NCBI GenBank assembly: GCA_965645245.1
Contig: OZ287068.1
Location: 1-64,000 of the forward strand
DNA from: Massalongia carnosa
Lineage: Eukaryota
Direction of reading: 5' to 3'
Length of the DNA stretch: 64,000 nucleotides
Part shown: positions 57,425 through 64,000 of the stretch, one piece after another
Layout: each line of letters opens with the position of its first letter
How positions within the stretch are numbered: position 1 is the first letter of the stretch
The notes under the pieces: generated by a model
What the model was told of the DNA's origin: nothing
Seen by the model: the letters and a program-made list of their open reading frames with translations, nothing else
The model's database searches: none
Made by a program: the position numbers and the translations under genes

Positions 57425-60400
57425 ATTTGATTTGATTATTCTTACGCCGTTGTGTCACCAGCCGAAGGCCGGCCCATGCGGGAGATGCTATATAAGCTAT
57501 GTACTAAGTAGAAAACCCAAAGGTGAAAAACTACTCCTGCGTATCCGCTTCATCGGGGGTTCGCCGCTCCCGCGGATTGATTCCTGTATCTCGAAAATCT
57601 GCGATACCTGTTTTTCAAACTGAAGAGAGACTGCCCGGCTGCTGTTCAAGCAGTTGCGTGGCAATGGAATACTGTGTTAAAATACCTGTGCGCATGAGCC
57701 ACGCGGTTACTACTTTGAGAGCTTTGGGTTCGGTGATTAGCTTGCGGTAGTCTGACGAGCCTGCCGTTCGTAGCATGTGCGTTCTGTGTTCGTGCAGTCT
57801 GCAGAACATGATTACATGTTTGGCTGTTTGTAAGAGGCTTCCGCAGGGACATGCCGCCGAGTTCACACCTGGGACCTTGCGCCGATATAGAAAGTTGGCC
57901 AGTCCGATTTTTTCCGTTCTTAGCTGTGTTGCTAGTGAGCTTTGCGCTTTGTCTAGTAACTTGTGTGCGTTAAGCCTTTTCCTGTGTATAGGCGCCTGTT
58001 GTGCGATCGTGGGATATAACGTGTGTTTTGCTTGATATGCTTTCCACTTGTTGATCCACTGATTCTCAAAGTGCTTCTTTATTATCCCGTCTCGTTGGTT
58101 CTGCGTCGTTACTTGCGCTGTGCGTTGTCTCTTCTGTGCCTCGTCGATCGTTGTCTAGGGAGGGGGAGAGGGTTGATCCAGTTTAACTGTTTTCGGTGCG
58201 TCTTTCGTCATCTTTGTTACCCAGTCTCGTTTACGAGTTCCCGGTCCTTTCTCTGCGACTCGCGATTGACCTCTTTTACCTCTGAGTTTCACTTGAATTC
58301 TATTGCATGCCTGCTTTATTATTTTTTCCTGTTCGCTGTTCGAGATTCTGGATCTCGTTTTTGCTTGTAAGCGGTCTAGATGTTACGTTAAGGGAGGGAT
58401 GTGGGTTTCTGCCTGTAATACTTCAATTGGGGTAGCCCTGTACACTCCGGCTATGACTCGTAAACACTTGTTTTTGTATGACTTCGAGTTTGCTTCTTGA
58501 TTCGACTTTGGCTTTTCTTGGTTGCTTCGGCTGGCATGTGCCATGCTATCGAGCCGTGCGATATGGCGGGGCGTATCACTGCTGTGTACACGTGGCGGGC
58601 TCGTAGGAGGGTCGCCCCCCAGGGTGAGGCTGCGATTTTGGTCAGTGCCATTGTTTGTCTCGTCATTTTCTTCTGAATTTCCTTGTAATGCGCTGCCCAA
58701 TCGAGTCTAGTGTCAATGTATACTCCCAGGACTCTTATCGAAGTCTTGATCTTCAGGATCTTGCCTCTTACCGCGAAGGATGCGTCCCAGGTTAAATTTC
58801 TTTTGATTCTTTGCCAGGTGTATCAGCTCGTATTTGTGTGGCGCGAATACGGAGCCGTGGCGAGCGGCCCATCATTCGCAGTCGTCGTGTATTTTTTCCA
58901 GCGTTTTGCAATTCTCTTTGGTGGACTTTCCGTACGCTAGTATATTGACGTCATCTACGAAACCCATGCCCGCTGCGTTGGTACCTGGTCTATTGCAAAT
59001 ATCGAGTGAGTCTGCATTATAAAAGAGATATAGAATGGGAGACACAGGAGATCCTTGCGGAATTCCTATACTCAGCTGGAATGCGTTGGTTGTTCGTTGA
59101 TTGATTGTGAGAGTGGTTTCTCTTTCCTTGAGGAAGCTTTCAGTCCATTTCGTGATCCATTCCGGAATTTTTCTCTTTCTCAGATTATGAATGAGCCTAC
59201 GATGTGACACCGTATCGAAGGCGCCTGAGACGTCGATACTAAGAAACGATACTACTTTGTCTTTCCCTTGATTCCAGACCGTGTGTACCTGCTCCGTGAG
59301 TAGTTCGAGCGCTGTGTCCGTTGCGCGGCCTGGTCTTGCTCCCATTTGCGTGTCTGGAATTAATCTGAGTTTTTCCGTTAAATAGCTTATTTTCCTTGCT
59401 ATAATGGATTCTAGCATTTTTCCAAGCGTGTTTAGGAGCGCAATGGGTCTCCACGCCTTAGGATCCGCGTAATTACTCTTTCCTGGTTTCTTCAGCGTGA
59501 TGGTGTTGGCGGTTTTGAACGCTCGAGGATGATAACCCTGCTCTGCGCAGGCCTGGAACAGTGGTGTCAGCAACTTGATCAGATTTTCCGAGCATGCCTT
59601 GAGAATTCTATTTGTGATCCCGTCCGGACCGGGTGCCTTGTCTGGTTTCGGCCTACGAAGCGCTGCCGCCACTTCTTCTTTCGTGATCAGGATGGGGCAG
59701 TCTGGGGTTTGCGGGTACGTGTATCCTACGATGTCGCTGAGATCTGCGTCCGGGTGTGGGGGGAAGAAAGATTTCTTAAGCATTTTCACTTTCTCTTCGA
59801 AGGTATTGGCTATCGTATCAGGGTCCTGGGCTGTGGCCAGGGGGGGCATTTTTGGAATTTCTCTGGGGGCGTCACTTTTGTTTTTACCCCACTTTGCTAG
59901 ACGGAAGAGTCCGGATTGGGAAGTTGTGATTGTGGCTATTTGCTGTTTGAAGCAGAGATTTTTTGCTTTACCGATAATTTTTTGTTTCTTATCGTTAACT
60001 TTAACGTAGTTTTTCCAATACGCTAGGTTTCTTTCCGCGGTCCAGATTCTTCGTAGCCTACGAGTCTCTCTTGTTGCGTCGTCGCATTCCTTATTCCAAA
60101 AGGGTTTCGCCTCCGGGCTTGGTCTGGCCCATGGTACTGCTTTATCTACGATTTCCTTGAGGTAATCCTGGATTTCCTTGGTATATTGATCGATTTCCTC
60201 GATGCTGTGCGGCATGCGTGGTGCGGGGGTTCTTTTCTCGATTTCTTTTACCTTGTCCATTTTTAGAAGTTTCCAGGCCCTTCGTGGGAGCTTTGTCAGG
60301 GGTTCGCAGGAGAGCCGCAGTCTCGTTGAAATCGGTATGTGATCGGAATCTTGATTCATCTCCGGGACCGTGGTGCAGTGTTCCAATCTCTCCGTTAAAT

Positions 60401-62520
60401 CTTCTGTCATGAACACCAGATCAATGGTGCTGGTCGAGTTTCTTGCTTCCCATGTAATTGTTCCTCTTGGAAGTGTGAGAGTAAGATTTTATATTCTATA
60501 ATGTCTAGCAGTTGTTCGGACGCCTCGTGCTGTCCTCGTACCCCTGCTCCACCCCAGTAAGGGTGATAGAGATTGAAGTCTCCTAGAAGAATATGCTCTC
60601 CAGGGTCTTCTAGTTGGTGTAATACGGTCGCTAGGGTGGACGGGCTAGTTATCGAGGAAGTGGATAAGGGCGATGGATTGTATACGTTGTGTATGTGAAT
60701 CATTTTCGTTCCGTTTCCGATTTTTACTTTTATTTTCAATGTGCTCATATCCTTTGACGAGTATTCCACTTCCCAGCTTTCTGGGTCTACTTTGTTATTG
60801 ATATAAAAGCAAACTCTCGTGTCGCCCCCTGGTTTATAAAGAAGATGGAACCCACTTTGATAGGGGTTAAGAAGTAGGGACGTCGTAGGGTTTTTCCACG
60901 GTTCTTGAATAGCTATGATGTCGAAATCCTGTGTTCTTTTATCTGACAGCAAGATTATCAGTGTGCCTTTTGCACTTTTCCTGACATTGTACTGCAGTAT
61001 CGTAAGGGTTTCTGTGTTCTTCATAGCATTCTTTCGTTGAGTTGTATCTCGTTGGTGTTTCTTGCTCTAGTCATCGGACGTCCTCTTTTCGGTTTGGCGA
61101 AGACCGACTCTCTTTTTTCTGGGTTCATTATTTTTGCCCTCGTCGACCCCCATTCTTCCCTCCCTCGTAGAATCCTCCGTTCTTGTGCTTCTTGTGGTGA
61201 TAACGAGCGCGATCGAGTGACTCTCAGTTCTCTAATCGATCTCGCACTTTTTTTTCTCTTACTTATCGTCTTCGTGGTTTCTGTCATTTCCACTTCGTTT
61301 TCCGCCTCTTCTCCTTCCTGCGGCTCCGCCTCGTTGGTGATGTGTGTCGATAGGAACTCGTTTTGTGAGGCGTCGGTGGGTTTGTTTGATTGGTCTTGTT
61401 GATTCCCATGACCTGCTTCGGTTTCGACCTCGACTACGACTTCCATACGCCCCCCCTGCGCTTAGCTGAGAATTGCTTTATTTCCTTTGGGTGGGGGCGG
61501 CACTGCGTACAAGCGCCGGCGTGATTCTCTTGTGATTTCCGTGCGGTGTTTTTTCTCTTTCCTGATTTGGCATTCCGCTGCCCACGCTGGGTGTCCCTTG
61601 TCCCCGCACACTGCGTATCGTAGGGACCTTCCGGTTCTGCTGCATGGGCAGTTTCTGCTGTCGTGCCTTCCGACGCAGTACCCGCAGACGGTGGGATTTT
61701 TTGCAAAACTTCGCAATGTGTCCGTATTGCTGACAATTGAAGCATTGCGTGAGCTTGCAGCCGGCTTCGAAGAGCTCGCATGTTTTTATTTCCCCTTCGT
61801 CCGCCAGTCCTACGAGGGTCAAACGATTGGCCATTTTCTGCAGTTTCTACCTCGATGTGTAACGAGGCGTAGCGTTTGTTTTGTTTGCGGGCTCTGGCGG
61901 TCCAGGCTACTCGATTGATTTTCAGTCCTTCATGCAATCCTGCGTTTTCCTTTGTCAAGTATTCCAATACTTTCGCTTGCTTTGACCCTCTCACTTCGTT
62001 CATTTTTACTCCGTGAGCTAGAACTGCATAGCCTTCTTTGCGTATCGTCGCTGATGCAGCAACTCTCTTTATCCATTCCGAGTGTGCTTGCAAGGTTTCC
62101 TTGACTTCCGGTGTTTTTACGTGAATTTTTAGATCTCCACTTGGTAGTCGTCGGATGCCCGTCACCTCTTCGTTGGAGACTCGTAGGGCGTCTACTATTT
62201 CCTTTGTGGTCTTTTTACCTAGGGCTTCCTGCTCCTTGGGGTCTTCTACTCTCACTATGATTTCCTTCATTTTTCTCTTCTCTCTGAGGGTGTTTTCCTC
62301 GTTGAAGCCTTGATTCTTCACTTCGGTTTCCTGTCCGCTTTTACGCTTTCCTGCTGCGACCGCCGCGTAGCTGAGAGCCTTGCCGTTATTCTCGCCCTGT
62401 TTTTCTATCTTCTTCAATCTTTGCTGAATATCCTGTAATGTATCTTGAAAATTTTCCTTCGTCGACGCGTCGAGCGCGTCGCGTTCCGATGAAGTTTTTT
62501 CTTTGAACTCAACAAGATCG
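57425..62520 (-). mobile_element. Tad1-like LINE, 5' truncated and frameshifted
   Basis: ORF1 with CCHC knuckles (CFNCQQYGHIAKFC etc.), AP endonuclease (ILQYNV, IQEP, GDFN), RT (KAPGPDG, WRPIALL, GIPQGSPVSP, FVDD), C-terminal CPCG..HV..C and an (ATCAA)n 3' tail. Confidence 0.92.
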
Positions 62521-63218
62521 AGTATCTGTCAAATTATAGAATAACTAATCCTAAATATCAGTGGTAACTCAGGATGATATATCCGAAAGGTTATTCCGGT
62601 CCGACTAGACACGTGGCCTCCCCCCTTAGATAGATTCCCACTTTTCCGCATCCTCCACAATACAATCAACATCTACCCAATTCCCTGATTATGCCTTTTG
62701 ACCCTTATATGTTTAACAGTATCCAACGCCTCGCCTCCGCGCCGGCTACAATCACATCTGCTCTTTCCAGAAATTCTCTTGCTTTGCTTGTTAGCTCGTG
62801 AGTTTCACTTATCTCTTGCCATTGGGCGTCGACACTCGTTGTCGTATTTATTTTTCTGATATTACATTTGTGAGGATTGTGTTAAATGAATTATTTAATC
62901 AAGTGAAAACTAACAATTCAACTACATTAGATAAAACATTAAAAACTAACTCTTTCTTTTACTTCAAGTCCTTATGAAAATTTCAACGCGAAAAAGATAC
63001 GACAACCTTTAGGAAAAAATGGCCAGAAATTAAGCAGATCGAACGATAGAAAAGCAATGATAATCTACTACGCTAGGATTTCTCAATTACAATCTCCTTC
63101 ATCTTAAATTGTGTCTTGCATTCCGCATATTTCTTTTAAGAAGAAAATAGAAGACTATTTGAAAGCAACTGTAAATGAAGCATCTCTATTGTATTGATGA
63201 TTGATGAAGGACTTGATA

Positions 63219-64000
63219 TCAGCAAGGTTTCATGGCTGCCTCCAGCAACTGCAAAACCCTCTCGTGAGATTTCCTCAATGCCTGCAGCGAGCTGTCTTTC
63301 ACGTACATGTTCTCTCCTTCATCCAACAACCACTGCATCGTCTTCTCGTAACCTTCCCTTGATGCCTGCAGCGAGCTGTCATTGACGTTCACCCCGTTAT
63401 TCAACAAAAATTGCACTGCCTTCTCGTGATATCTCGATGATGTAGTCAGTAATACGATATCGTTAATTTCCCATTTTTCCCCTAAGCTGCTCTGTATTAT
63501 CCTTATGTGACCTTCCGACAATGTCATTACCAGCAACTTGTCGTTAACTTGCGCTCCATTTTTCAACAAAAACTGCATCGTCTTCTCTTGACCATATATG
63601 CATGCCTTCTGCAGCGCGCTGTCATTTACTTCCGCTCCATTATTCAACAGCAACTGCACGACTTTCTCGTGACCTTCGGACGATGCCGCCTGCAGCGCGT
63701 TGCCATACTCTCCGCCTTGCGCGTTTATGTTCGCTTCGTTGTTCAACAGCAATTGCACGATTTTCTCGTGACCTCCGAACGATGCCGCCTGCAGCGCGTT
63801 GCCATACTCTCCGCCCTGCGCGTTGACGTCCGCTTCGTTTTTCAACAGCAACTGCACGATTTTCTCGTGACCTCCGCACGATGCCGCCTGCAGCGCGTTG
63901 CCAAAGTGTCCGCCTTGCGCGTTCACGTCCGCTTCGTTGTTCAACAGCAACTGCACGATTTTCTCGTGACCTCCGGACGATGCCGCCTGCAGCGCGTTGC
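63219..64000 (-). CDS. Ankyrin-repeat C-terminus, probable NLR-like (NACHT-ANK type) fungal protein; 5' part outside the window
   Basis: 33-aa repeats NAQGGEYGNALQAASxxGHEKIVQLLL, near-identical as 99-bp units at 63640-64000 and degenerating toward the C-terminus. Confidence 0.8.
   Translation of the reverse strand, partial: NALQAASSGGHEKIVQLLLNNEADVNAQGGHFGNALQAASCGGHEKIVQLLLKNEADVNAQGGEYGNALQAASFGGHEKIVQLLLNNEANINAQGGEYGNALQAASSEGHEKVVQLLLNNGAEVNDSALQKACIYGQEKTMQFLLKNGAQVNDKLLVMTLSEGHIRIIQSSLGEKWEINDIVLLTTSSRYHEKAVQFLLNNGVNVNDSSLQASREGYEKTMQWLLDEGENMYVKDSSLQALRKSHERVLQLLEAAMKPC

Overview
This window has two parts. Bases 1-4377 are AT-rich, intronless, densely packed bacterial DNA (Bacteroidota-like: dprA, SIMPL protein, acyl-CoA thioesterase, TPR protein) with several 1-nt frameshifts. 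It is joined abruptly, mid-gene, to the outer end of about 30 copies of (CCCTAA)n at 4378-4556, most likely as a chimeric read or assembly join. From 4378 onward the sequence is the left end of a filamentous-ascomycete chromosome. The telomere sits directly inside a truncated Gypsy pol and is followed by a telomere-linked helicase (DUF3505-type) pseudogene. About 55 kb of nested transposons follow: a Copia with a solo LTR inside its LTR, two tyrosine-recombinase (DIRS/Ngaro-type) retrotransposons, an intact self-priming chromoviral Gypsy, solo LTRs, pogo/Fot1 relics, a MULE and a degenerate Gypsy. These continue with a hAT that hosts a complete 6.0-kb AcademH-like (transposase + RecQ-like helicase) element, a long-TIR Tc1/IS630 element carrying an unknown cargo gene, and a CryptonF with att-like ends. 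A second Tc1 and a Tad1-like LINE come next, and the window ends in the ankyrin-repeat C-terminus of a probable NLR-like gene. All calls come from motif recognition by eye; no database searches were run.
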